This document shows, one piece after another, positions 48,931 to 59,995 of a stretch of 64,000 nt of DNA (within the stretch, counting starts at the first letter, position 1; each line of letters opens with the position of its first letter). The stretch spans positions 9,585,440-9,649,439 of the forward strand of contig OZ316894.1 in the NCBI GenBank assembly GCA_973895155.1. Direction: 5' to 3'. The stretch comes from Marsupella aquatica. Taxonomy: Eukaryota; Plantae; Marchantiophyta. Below the pieces are notes generated by a model, which saw nothing but the letters and a program-made list of their open reading frames with translations, made no database searches and was not told the DNA's origin. The position numbers and the translations under genes were made by a program.

Positions 48931-50928
48931 TTAGTTCCTTTTGTTGTTATTGTCAACAGCTTCTGTTTTCACCTCTGCCTGTTGTTGACGTCGTCGATGG
49001 CGCTGAATGGATCGTTGCAAATTTTGCTCATCTATTGATGGCTGGTTGGCTGCCGCATATTGTTTCCACTCATCGAGTCGACCACTGAATAACAACCTGT
49101 CAAATTCCCCATCTGACAAATTATATTCATTGATTGTGAAATGTTCAATGGGAGTTTCATCTATTTGCATCGCCGGTATAGTATCTTCAGTCATATCTTC
49201 AGTGTTTTGTTGAGTCTCCATTGATGGCATTTGCTTCAACAATCCTCGTTGCTCATACTCGCGTTCATGAAATGGTGTGCGACACCAACATTTTCGGCTT
49301 TTCTTCAACCATTTAGACAAGCAAGCATGATGCCATATATGACCGCAGGTTCCCAACATGGAAACAGATTCAGGGCCCCAAGGATATAGGCACCAAGTAC
49401 ACTTGTCATCCTTTTCACGAACAAATGCTGCCATAGTTTCATCATTTTTCCACTTATCAAAAAACCTATCAATACCTTCCGCGTCAACCTCCACATCTGG
49501 AAAAAGGTTGCTGTGCCCTGTAGGATCTATGATTTGCATGTTAACAAAATTTGGCGGCGATAATTCACCTTGCCCTTTGTTTGACCTCATCCCCAAAGCA
49601 CCATTGTTAAATTCTTGCACCTCTTCGTGAAGATTTGATATGATGATTGCTTGCATTGCAAGTTCACTTTTAAGATCATTAATGATCTTGTCCTTCTCCT
49701 CAAGTCGTGCCAGTTCATTGCATTGACGCTCTTTTTCAGCAAGTTGTTTTGTCAGCTTATTGATTTCTTCCATCTTGTCAAACAATTGACACTTGTACAA
49801 CATCACTTCCGAATTGGTCGTCGGCTCGTTCTGCTTCTTCTCAAGTGATCTCATCTTTATATCAGCTTGTTGCAATTGTGACTTGAACTTTTCGATGCTG
49901 CCACATTCACATAGCTCCACTACATACTTCGTGCGGAGATTTGTCTCAATCACCTCTGCAACATCTGCCCCCAAGCTCTTGCATATGTTGTGCAGGTTGA
50001 ACTTATCCTTGTTAGCATCAGTAACATTGTTGTTCTTTGCATGTGGAGTTCTACTCCCAACACCTACAAGGATTGGTTTTTTGGTGTGCGTTGACTCCAC
50101 ATTGGTTGGTGGTGCTGCACGGTCAGGCATGGAGACTCGAGGAAGTACAGCCGCTTTCCCCTTCTCATGCGCATATCCCTCCCCAGTGTCATCTAGCTTT
50201 CTTTTGGATCCCTTGTTGGAAGTCTCCATTGAAGGGTCCTTTGCAATAGTTGTATTCCTATTCGTTGCAATCGCAACCACTGATGGATGCACCTGATGAG
50301 TCAGCTTGCCAGCACTGTTTTCCCAACGGTAATCCACCTTCCACTTGAGAATGAATTCAGCAATCAGACATCGGATAAAAGGAGGGTAAACGGAACTCAT
50401 TTTCGTTTGGGCTTTGTGTGGAGCAAACTCTCGATATCGTTGCTGCCAATGTGATTTAACACCTGCATGTGTTACTTTGGACATGGTGAATTTTTCTTGC
50501 GCCCATGATCTTGTTGCCCAAAGATCCGGATCGTGAAAAACTTGTTGTGCTAATGGCCAAAAGTCTTTCTTTGGCATCAACATCTCCAATTCCTTTGCAT
50601 TCATGGCCCATTCGTCATGGGGAGGATTTACATTGGGCGTTAATATACTCCATTCATCCTTCATACCCTCATCTTCCCATCTTCTTGTGTTTGGCGTCGG
50701 TGTTCCATCAACCTTGGGTTTAGCCTCATAGTGAATGCCAATGGTTGTAAGATTATCCAACACATTATTACGAAGAGCTTCATCGTCACAATAGGATCCT
50801 TGACCATCTTGCATGGTAAGATGTTGTGTTGTGAACTCTTTGTCTTCATCATCAGAAGACAATTCCCATCGTCCCATGTTTGCGATGTGTACAAAAGGTC
50901 TGCGATATTTGACAATGTACAAACACAT
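48931..50928 (-). CDS. Transposon cargo: coiled-coil plus RING-H2 protein (putative E3 ubiquitin ligase)
   Basis: Uninterrupted 665-aa ORF (second ATG at 50877), heptad-rich middle region, and CTWC-x14-CGHIWHHAC-x10-CWC ligand pattern. Confidence 0.82.
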   Translation of the reverse strand: MCLYIVKYRRPFVHIANMGRWELSSDDEDKEFTTQHLTMQDGQGSYCDDEALRNNVLDNLTTIGIHYEAKPKVDGTPTPNTRRWEDEGMKDEWSILTPNVNPPHDEWAMNAKELEMLMPKKDFWPLAQQVFHDPDLWATRSWAQEKFTMSKVTHAGVKSHWQQRYREFAPHKAQTKMSSVYPPFIRCLIAEFILKWKVDYRWENSAGKLTHQVHPSVVAIATNRNTTIAKDPSMETSNKGSKRKLDDTGEGYAHEKGKAAVLPRVSMPDRAAPPTNVESTHTKKPILVGVGSRTPHAKNNNVTDANKDKFNLHNICKSLGADVAEVIETNLRTKYVVELCECGSIEKFKSQLQQADIKMRSLEKKQNEPTTNSEVMLYKCQLFDKMEEINKLTKQLAEKERQCNELARLEEKDKIINDLKSELAMQAIIISNLHEEVQEFNNGALGMRSNKGQGELSPPNFVNMQIIDPTGHSNLFPDVEVDAEGIDRFFDKWKNDETMAAFVREKDDKCTWCLYPWGPESVSMLGTCGHIWHHACLSKWLKKSRKCWCRTPFHEREYEQRGLLKQMPSMETQQNTEDMTEDTIPAMQIDETPIEHFTINEYNLSDGEFDRLLFSGRLDEWKQYAAANQPSIDEQNLQRSIQRHRRRQQQAEVKTEAVDNNNKRN

Positions 50929-51064
50929 TTAGCACAATTTTGGGCATTCACGACAAAGTTTGATAGAATATTATCAACAAAATGCAGAACATTGTAATTG
51001 ACATACAATGAATAAACATATAATCGTTAAGGTGACCTTTACAAAATTGTGTAAACCCTAATCT

Positions 51065-52720
51065 CTAATCTCTAAGATATGGACTGTTGTGCAAATGCAA
51101 TGTGCAATCTGGAAACGTTCGAACTATCTTCAAACTCCAAAAAGCACAATCCATTCTTTTCTTGGCATCCGTGGCCATCATTTCACGGATTATGATATCC
51201 AATTTGGGGCCATGCACTTGTGCACTCCAACCCCTCCCCAAAAACCGTGAACCCTTAGACATTCCATCCCAATTCTCTGTCAACAATGTCTCAAAAATAT
51301 TCCCCAAAGCATATATATCGGTACTTTCACTAAACTCGACAGGGGTAGGTTGAACAAGCTCCGGAGCCAACTGTGGAAATTGTTTTTGGTATGTTGCTGC
51401 TTTTTCTGTTGCTGTGGGCCACATCCGATTAGCTGGTAATTTGCACTGTGATTTATGCTTAGACAAGCCAAAATCACATAAACCAACATACACCTTAATA
51501 GCCACATCGTGCTCGTGATCGAAATGAAGAAGGATGTTTCCAAAGTGAAGATCACAATGAAATCGATCATGCTCATGCAAGTATTGCAGTGTCTCCAGCA
51601 AAGCCAAGGCGATTCCCAACCGGTTCTCCAACAAGAGTTTCTTCTCCGAAATAAACTTGAAATCAAGGTCCGTCGTGATCTGTGCCTTCCCCTTGCTCTT
51701 TGACGATATGCCGCACTTATCAATAAAGCTACCCAAGTCACCTCCATTATAGTGATCGTAAATAAGTTTTGGCGGATCCTCAATAGTCAACGCAAGAGCT
51801 CCAACGATTCCCTTATGATTCAGTCCTCCCATAAGCACTTCTTGTAATGCGTCAGTTCGTCTCTTATGCTTGTCTCCATCCTTGAACCGCTTTGCGACTA
51901 AGGTCACGTTGACGGGAATGAGAGGACAATGTAATATACGACAAGTGTATACCTCTCCTTGGATTCCTTTCCCAATGCGACGTGTGTTGTGCACCTGCTC
52001 AGGTTTAAGAAAATGGATACTCCTAACCTCTGGAACTACACGCGATGGACGTGTTCCTTTTCGAGCACTTTTGATGCTGACATCCCCAAAGTGCACAATC
52101 TCGTTAGCATATTTGACATTGCTATCAGATTTTGCCATTGCCAACTCCTTACTCCACTTCACTAGCAATTCTCTCTTGTGTGTGTACATCCCGGGGTTTC
52201 CAAGCAATGTAGTGTCACCCTCTTCCACTTTGGCTGCCAAATTATCCCAAACATGCTTCTCCAAGTTGAGTGCCAAATTTTCCAGAAATCCTCCCGGTTT
52301 CTCAGTTTCATCTTCAAATGACTTCATTTGCTCTCGTGTGAAATTGTCTTCCTTTTGTACACTTTCCCGCATACAACGGGTTATCTCACCAAGAAAGTTT
52401 TTGTATCCTTTCTCTCCGTGTCTTGTGAACTCCCTCTCGAACCCGTCCACCCCATACTGTTTCGGTTGAGTGTAGCGATAAAGTATCTCTTTCCATATCG
52501 ACACTACCACATTGTGTCGAACTTGTTTTGCCTCTTCGTTTGCCCCCTTCCGTTTTCGTTTCCCGGCCACTTTGCTAGAATTCCTAGCATGTTCGAGAGT
52601 GTTTCGAGCGTTCTTCAATGCATCCAGAGCAACAAGATTCGGCTCATATCCCTCATTCACATGTTTTGTGATCATCTCCAACACTTGCCTATACTCTAAA
52701 CTAAAATTTTCGATGACCAT
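51065..52720 (-). CDS. Transposon cargo: protein kinase (TKL-like, non-RD) with N-terminal helical extension
   Basis: Uninterrupted 551-aa ORF with GKGIQG loop, VAK lysine, alphaC Glu, HCDLHFGNIL, DFG, APE and DIYALG. Basic KRKRK patch near the N-terminus. Confidence 0.9.
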   Translation of the reverse strand: MVIENFSLEYRQVLEMITKHVNEGYEPNLVALDALKNARNTLEHARNSSKVAGKRKRKGANEEAKQVRHNVVVSIWKEILYRYTQPKQYGVDGFEREFTRHGEKGYKNFLGEITRCMRESVQKEDNFTREQMKSFEDETEKPGGFLENLALNLEKHVWDNLAAKVEEGDTTLLGNPGMYTHKRELLVKWSKELAMAKSDSNVKYANEIVHFGDVSIKSARKGTRPSRVVPEVRSIHFLKPEQVHNTRRIGKGIQGEVYTCRILHCPLIPVNVTLVAKRFKDGDKHKRRTDALQEVLMGGLNHKGIVGALALTIEDPPKLIYDHYNGGDLGSFIDKCGISSKSKGKAQITTDLDFKFISEKKLLLENRLGIALALLETLQYLHEHDRFHCDLHFGNILLHFDHEHDVAIKVYVGLCDFGLSKHKSQCKLPANRMWPTATEKAATYQKQFPQLAPELVQPTPVEFSESTDIYALGNIFETLLTENWDGMSKGSRFLGRGWSAQVHGPKLDIIIREMMATDAKKRMDCAFWSLKIVRTFPDCTLHLHNSPYLRD

Positions 52721-52933
52721 GTTTTCCCTTCACAAAAGGAATATGTGAGGGAGGAACAAGATCTTACCGGGATTTAAATAAAATCCTTCCAATAAGGATT
52801 CAACGACCAACCTGAAAATTACAAGTCGTATTGTTATTATCTTTTCCCGGTTTATTTCTCCCATGCATTATGTATTTTTATTGCACACATGATTTTAATT
52901 ACCTTTCTATATACAACAATAAAAGAGAAAGAC

Positions 52934-53283
52934 AACACTTGTGAAATATCGCAGACCGAGTGGACGCTCAAAGCATGCGCACAAAAGTGTTCTTTTCTTT
53001 CAAAGTTGTTATATTCCTGCTTCGACATATGTGATTTGGTGTCTATAACTTAACACTCATTTGTATTTCAAGTAAAAACATTCTCGGCGAATCGTGGTAT
53101 CCATGCAAAGTATCGCAGACCGAGCCGAAACTCTAAGCATGCGTACATGGATTCCTCTATCTCCGCAAATGTTTTACTTAATGAACAAAGGAGACTAAAT
53201 TGTTAAGGTGATATTAAGAAATTCTTGTACGGAGTATCGCAAACCGAACCGAGGCTCAAAGCGTGCGCGTACAAGTGTTTCTT
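52934..53283 (-). promoter_or_regulatory. Three tandem conserved stem-loops upstream of the kinase ATG
   Basis: Reverse-complement copies of the same core at 52934-52991, 53096-53155 and 53216-53283, each with its own closing stem. Confidence 0.75.
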
Positions 53284-53411
53284 TATATCCCTCCATTTGG
53301 CTCTAAGGTTAAGGTTTAAAACACAAAAAAAACTTAAAAAATCACAAAACAAAACACAAACAAATAAAAACAAACCAAAAATCAAAAATAAAAACCAAAA
53401 CCAAACACTTA

Positions 53412-54115
53412 CCTCCTCCTCCTCCTCTTCTCTTCCTCCTCCTCCTCCTCTCCTCCTCCTCCTCCTCTCCTCTCCTCTCCTCCTCCTCTTCCTCCTCTCC
53501 TCCTCTCCTCCTTTCTGCAAAACCAAAAATGAGGAGGGAGAGGAGGGATCTCCTCCTTTTATCCTCTCCCGAGCCCCCGACCCTTTCCCGGCCGGCCCCA
53601 TCCTCCAACCCTAAATCGCGAAACCCTAATTCTTCGAGCCTCAATCCCGAACCCCGAACTTCCAAACCCCGAACCGGACCCCGAACCCCGAACCGGACCC
53701 CGAACCCCGATCCCCACCCGGACCCACCCCGGCCTCCCGGACCCGAACCCCACCCGGACCCCACCCCGAACCCCCACCGAGCGCCTCCGCCCCGGGCCCG
53801 GACCCCACCCGAACCCCCCGTACCTCCCGAACCCGAACCCCTCGGACCCGGACCCGAACCCCACCCGGAACCCCACCCGAACCCCCCGCACCTCCTCCTC
53901 CCGGACCCGAGCCGCACCCGGACCCCACCCCGAACCCCCACCGAGCGGACCCGAACCCCACCCGGACCCCACCCCGAGCCCCCACCGAGCGCCTCCGCCC
54001 CGGACCCGGACCCGATTAGTCACCCGGACCCCCACCCGAACCTCCTCCCGAACCTCCTCCCGAACCCGAACCCCGAACCGGACGTTTCCTTTCCCGGACT
54101 GCTTCCGAACCCGGG
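53412..54115. repeat. Right subterminal repeats: (CCT)n tract and C-rich CCCG(A/G)ACCCC units
   Basis: CCT/CT microsatellite at 53412-53510, then dense CCCGAACCCC / CCCGGACCCC repeats at 53570-54115. Confidence 0.85.
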
Positions 54116-54826
54116 TGCCGGGTTGTCAATTTGCCGCTCTCAAACGCCCAGTTTGACGGGCAAGGTCAAACCGGGCCTGAATGCGTGATCTGCACCTCAT
54201 AAAGGAGAAGGATCATATAAAACATCCATTGTTTGTAAATAGAAGCCTCTCAAGAAATAACAGGCTTGTGTGGGCGAAAAGGAGAGCAAGTTATAGCAGA
54301 GAGACAAGGGATAGATGTATGCTGTGGAAATCCTATTGATTCCAATGAGCATCGGAGAAATTGTTCTCTGTATGCACGGAGTAGAAGTTTTGAGCCACAG
54401 CACTGAGGAACACCAAACTGTGAGGCACATGCTGTCGAATCTGAATAAACGCATTTAACAAAGTGCAGAATATACTGTAGCTTTGTAACGGCAAAGGAAG
54501 GGTTCAGAAGGAAAGTCATACAAATGTGAGTACTAAAGCCTTAAATTTTGGCAAAAGGAGAGCAATGGAGAGCTTTCAATGACGTGTCAAACAGTGTGCG
54601 ATCTACGCTTTCTGCAAATATATTCAATTGTTAAAAACTCCACTCATGCACTTTAGTGTTGGAAGCTTGGTTACACTATCAGGTGAAATACCTCACATGC
54701 ATCAGTCAGCTAGTGAGTCTACAGTAGTTTTAATGATTGTAGTACCGTAGAATAGTTGGAGACCATATCATGGAATTTCTTCTAATTTATGGATACAAGT
54801 TTGCTGCGAAAGTGGAGCACAAGATT

Positions 54827-54995
54827 TTGGCAGAGTGAGATGGCGTACGAAGGAACTTTGTTGAGTCGTGCTGGGCAAACTCTTGGCAGAGTGAGATGGC
54901 GTACAAAGGAACTTTGTTGAGTCGTGCTTGGCAAACTCTTGGCAGATTGAGATGGCTTACATAGGAACTTTGTTGAGTCGTCCTGGGCAAACTCC
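54827..54995. repeat. Three-copy ~56-bp tandem repeat
   Basis: TTGGCAGA.TGAGATGGC.TAC..AGGAACTTTGTTGAGTCGT.CT.GGCAAACTC x3. Confidence 0.85.
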
Positions 54996-56233
54996 CAGTG
55001 CAGACCACGTCAAGTAGACTACTAGTGGTTTGTTTTATTGAATTAGGTCCTAGTGTCTGGCTCTGGACATTTACATTAGTTTCATTCGTCATTAATGGTT
55101 TCTGTTGTTTTGCGCTAGCTCTATTTCACAGCAACAATTTTGACAAAGCTGGTCCGATTCATATAACCGTGCAAGCATCTGTCCAGAAATCTTCCTTAGA
55201 AGAGCCCGTGGATTAGGGCTTTCTGTGCAATGCTCCAATTCTTTCGTGTTCGGTACTTCACATCCAGCAAGCCATGTAAGCCCCTGTCCCCTGTCCCCTG
55301 TCGTTCCACCTGGCGAGAAATCCTACCTGCTGGCCTCTGTAGAGTTTTTGCACTTAATTTCCTCTCATTGTAGCAGTCCACTTAAGAGCGGTGAAGAACA
55401 TTATGGGTGTGAATGAAGATGCTCTAGCCATAACAGAGGCTAAGCTACCCTACACTTCACTGACTGAGATATGGTGAAGGTTCGGTTCCCTTTAAGTGGT
55501 TCACTTCCATATTTTTACTTTCAAAGTTTAGACGCTGCATATGTCATGATTGCACTATACAGTACTGGACGAGAGGACGAGAGGACCAGTGAATGTTTGT
55601 AGTTTCTGTCCGCAAATTTTTCAAATGGAGGTGTATTCAAGGTCTTGTCTCGGGCCGAATAGGGTGCTGTCAAGACATAAAGATCTGTGTGATCATACTT
55701 TAGGTTGCCATCAAGACTCACACTTTAGGTTGCCATCAAGACACACGACAGTATTTGACGTTTGTGACTCAGGAGAAGACAAGTGGTATAGGTCCCAATT
55801 ACGTACTTCCCTGAGGAAAGACAACAGAACAAATACTGCAGCATGTCCCACCAACTCTAAAGCACAACTCCAACAAAAGGCTTTGTCGACAGTTCCAATC
55901 GCGCGTGCAGCCTTATTAAAAAAATTCGTTTAGGGTACGTTTCAGATTTATCGTTTAGGCACTTGTGTTTAGGCATTGAAAGGGGACATATTGAATCATT
56001 CGCACAATGGAAAACATGAACCCAATACGAGCCACAGGGGAAAAAGTAGGGAAAATGAAAATGAAGGAGTGGTACTTCAGGAAGGGTACTTGCCAATTGC
56101 GGAATACTACTTCTAATCCAAAACAAACATGGAAAACCAAATGGAAAACTGTCGATAGTGCAGAACCGAAATCGTATAAACCAAAACCTTATAGACAGGT
56201 ATCATTTACATTGAGAGTGTTTCTCAAACATGA

Positions 56234-57660
56234 TCACTTGCCGGCTCGAAAAGCTGCGACAATCCTGCTTGTGATGTCTTTTCCAAATAGCCTTGGAAGG
56301 TTAGCAGACAGATCAACCTCCACACCTTTCTCCTTAATTTCCGTGTCTCGCTTCGCCATTTCATCCGTATTCTGCACTGGGAGACCCCGATAACGGAAAC
56401 TATCAAGCCAGACTTGGAGCGCTTGGGTGACTCCTGGATGTACCACGTTTGTAATTTGTTCATCCAAGAGACCTCCTGGTACCTCAGTGTTGTTACTGAC
56501 TCTGAAAACCGCAGCGGTGGGGGAAACCACACTTCTGACAAAGAGAACAGGGGATACGTAAGGCTTGGCGTCTGGGGCATTTTCAAAAATCTGCCTCACC
56601 TTGTCCAATTCTGTGTCTTCATAGAAGCGTTTCAGATAAGCTGAATCCAATACCAGGTCTTTCCGAGGAAGATGGTCCAGGACCACTACAAGAACAGGAC
56701 CGCTAAGGATGAATTCGAAGAGGAAATGTGGGGAGTCTGACTCTGTGCCGAGCATGATCACCACAGTTCCAATGTCTAGGGTCCCAAAAGGAAGAGTCGC
56801 GTGAAGCCAGGATTCAAGCGTAAAATCTACCTGTCACAACATAGCAAGGGCAGGTGTAGTTTCAGTATGCTGTCGTCGTTCAAGGGGACGGCAAGCTGAC
56901 GGCAGAATTCAGGCATTAGATTTTCCAGTCTGGGTATAGATTTTCCAGTCTGGGTAGCACATGTGTGTACTATCATGTTTATAAATGATAAGAAGAGTAG
57001 GAAGACTTGAGATATTCCCAAAACTGCTAACGAGTTGCGACAGTTCGAACGAATCAACAGATGCCTTAAGGTTTGAATTCCATCCTTCTACCTAATCTGA
57101 AATCGAGCTCTGAATTCGACTACAACGAGCATGCTGATGCTGAGAGGGAGCTCATTCAATGGAGTCTAGGCGATACAATTCTCACTCCTCACGAAAAGCG
57201 GACGAAGATGAAAGGAAGACTATTTTACCTTGGAATCCTTTCCAGCTCGCAGACTGACGGAGCCTTCAGCGTTCCCTTCCGCACTTTTAAAGTACCTCAC
57301 GTCACTGGGTGTTTGGCTGGCGTGGAGGTAGGGTCCAAGATCCTTGTCCAGAGTCTCTGCAATCTCTGTCAGCAATTTCTGAGCTGATTCCGGAAAGAAT
57401 GGGAACAGAGCTCCGTCCGTACTCGACGTGGCAGCAGCCAGCACTGATTGTCGTCGCCCTTCATCATTCCATAGTCTTGGGCTCGGACCAATCGGTTGCC
57501 TCAGACCTGAACCTCTTCTTCTTGTAGGTGAAGAGAATTGTGCGACCAAACTACAAGAAGGTTGGCATGCGCCATGCTCGGCGCCATGAGGAATACGAGC
57601 AACCGGGCGGACATCGAACAGGGCTGACAATAGACATGCAGGCAGGATGGATAACGACAT
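56234..57660 (-). CDS. RCCR: Red chlorophyll catabolite reductase
   Basis: Transit-peptide-like N-terminus, then TPSDVRYFKS..G.AEGSVSLRAG, VDFTLESWLH, PHFLFEF, LDHLPRKDLVL..YLKRFYEDT and PYVSPVLFVRSVVSPTA. Two exons: 57660-57229 and 56830-56234. Confidence 0.9.
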
Positions 57661-57937
57661 GCCGCTCAGCAACCCAGGACTTGATCTGCACCTCCCTGCA
57701 GCTGTGCAGGATATGCCAATTCCACAGAGCAGCAGATTCAACCCAACGAGAACCGGGGACGAAATACGGGAAGCTTGATGATGACAAAAGGTAGTAAGCA
57801 CGTTTTGTTTCCTTGCTCACGCAACTTCCTTGTTCATGCAAGTACCACTGTAACAGAAAATTCCTGAGCAGAGTTTACTTTATCCATGTATTCGGTTTGC
57901 TGCGAACCCTAAGTCAGTCACGATCTTCGGTAATGCA

Positions 57938-58286
57938 GCAAATTCGCTTTAGTCGAAGAAGTGGATGCTATTTTGACGAAGGCAGCAAACTTAAAAACAT
58001 GTCCTGTATACACTTTTCCCAGTTACCCGTTTTCCTGCATCCTATATACATCAAGACAAATTCGCTTTAGTCGAAGAAGTGGTGATTTTGAAGAAGGCAG
58101 CAAACTTGAAACATGTCCTGTATACACTTTCTCAGTGACCCGTTTTCCTGCATCCTATATACATCAAGACAAATTCGCTTTAGTCGAAGAAGTGGTGCAA
58201 TTTTGAAGAAGGCAGCAAACTTGAAACATGTCCTGTGTACACTATTCCCAGTGACCCTTTTTCCTGCATCCTATATTCATCAAGAC
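57938..58286. repeat. Three-copy ~120-bp tandem repeat upstream of RCCR
   Basis: CAAATTCGCTTTAGTCGAAGAAGTGG...GAAGGCAGCAAACTT.AAACATGTCCTGT...CCTGCATCCTATAT.CATCAAGAC x3. Confidence 0.88.
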
Positions 58287-59995
58287 TAGGCTTAATTAAG
58301 CCTACTTTGGGGTCTACAACTCTGTTAACTATGCACCATGACAAACTTCGGAAGTATCACATCGATGGAAGGGATCGTCTACTCTACGAGATCTGCATGC
58401 GAACCTCAAAATTCACGAGTGTTCAGAACGATATCAGCGCACGTAGCTGACTCATGGAACAAAAAGGTTTACATTCAGTACGTAATTTCCCACAGTATCG
58501 AAACGGTGGTCAACCAATCCAGGTTGCAAAACCAGAAATGCTCACGAAGGAATCGCAATATTTCGTGGTTGGTTCTTGATCACTTCTCACAGACATCCAC
58601 TTCCAACCGCCAGCTCCGCGGAGAAAAGATCAGTTGGAAAAGAGTGGTATGTAGTAACCGGTTGAGAGATTTGTTCATTTTTCGGTGACTTTCAGCAAAA
58701 TTTTGCAAGTCAGGTTTAAAAGTACCAGACACGGTATGCTACATTCCTTCTCAGCTGAAGCACCAGCATAGCTATGGTAGGGCGGAGTGTGTACTGTGGC
58801 CCTTCAGTACATTATCAGACTGGACGAACTGAAAACTTGATTAGAGTCGAGACATTGAAATGAGAGCAAGCCGAGGATTCGGACTCTGCTGTGATTCTGG
58901 GCGAAAATTAAGTTCCTCAATCTAGATAACGGTCCCAATCACTGTGACACCAGACACCCTGTTCATTCGTTTTCGCCAGCCTCCATTGTTCTACTTGTGT
59001 CTCTTTCATGCGGTTCCTACATCTCCTCCAAAAATGCCAAGTCTATTACTTCAGAACAATACATTGTAGGACCTCACGTTCCATCCAAATTGCTATCAGG
59101 GCAGGATGCAAGCCTTTTAACCAGAATATGCGTTCCTGTTTCAATTGACTGCCTCAGACAAGTACCAGCGATTCCAAAACAAATGACGCCTCACAACTTT
59201 GCCCCTTCATTCATGGCCTATAGAAAATAATCTGCATCCATTTTGTGGAGATCTCAATCAGTTCCTCCCACTCCAAGCACCCGTGGTAGCAAATTGCTGA
59301 CATTTGCCCAGACCTATCTCCCATACTGACAGATCAAAATACTTTAATGAGAGCTTCTTTTCTCCATTTGACTGAAAAATGTTAGAAAGAATTCAGTCAA
59401 ATAGCACCCCACGCACAGCAAGTTTCCCCTGGCGGAAGTACATGAAGTGTGCCATTTCGATCTCCTCTCATCCTCCGAGTGCACAGGATCTATGCCATAA
59501 AATTGAGCTCCATCTACAGACTCTGCTCTATGCCATAAATGTGTTCCAATGCAATTAGAAACACATTTCACCACGTCACAGTACCCTTGGACAGAGAAGT
59601 GGCCACCACATCTGTTAGTTGTGAACCTCTTAGCATATTTATCCGTCAGATTCTCACCAGTCGGCGACTTCAGGAGCAAGCCACTGTAAATGTTTAAATT
59701 CCAAGGATGAATTTATTCTCATAATTCCACAGTAATGACCATGAACAATTTGCTTCTTCATTCCATTCCTAAGATTAAAAGGGGTAGATACAAGGAGCTC
59801 ACTTTCCGATTCCAGATAGAATCAGCTGCCCAATTTAAACACAAAAGTATCTCCTCCAGCAGGAATTTTGCTGACAGCCTACACAGGGATGCGATGTCTT
59901 TCAAGTTCAAAAGAGGTAGCAGCAGGGATGTCCATCGCAAATGAAGACGGTAGCAAAAGCGGAACTTTTGCACTTTTGACAATCTAATTCCATAA

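Larger units (their letters stand above)
42619..54175 (+). mobile_element. 11.6-kb cargo-carrying hAT DNA transposon
   Basis: Perfect 8-bp TSD CCTGAATG (42611-42618 and 54176-54183). Imperfect TIRs CCCGGTTTAATCT / AGGTCAAACCGGG (11/13 match). GC-rich subterminal repeats and an internal hAT transposase. Confidence 0.93.

Noticed and set aside
53203-54188. Pro- or Gly-rich ORFs up to 219 aa
   Set aside because: Translations of (CCT)n and CCCGAACCCC repeats with no domain signal.
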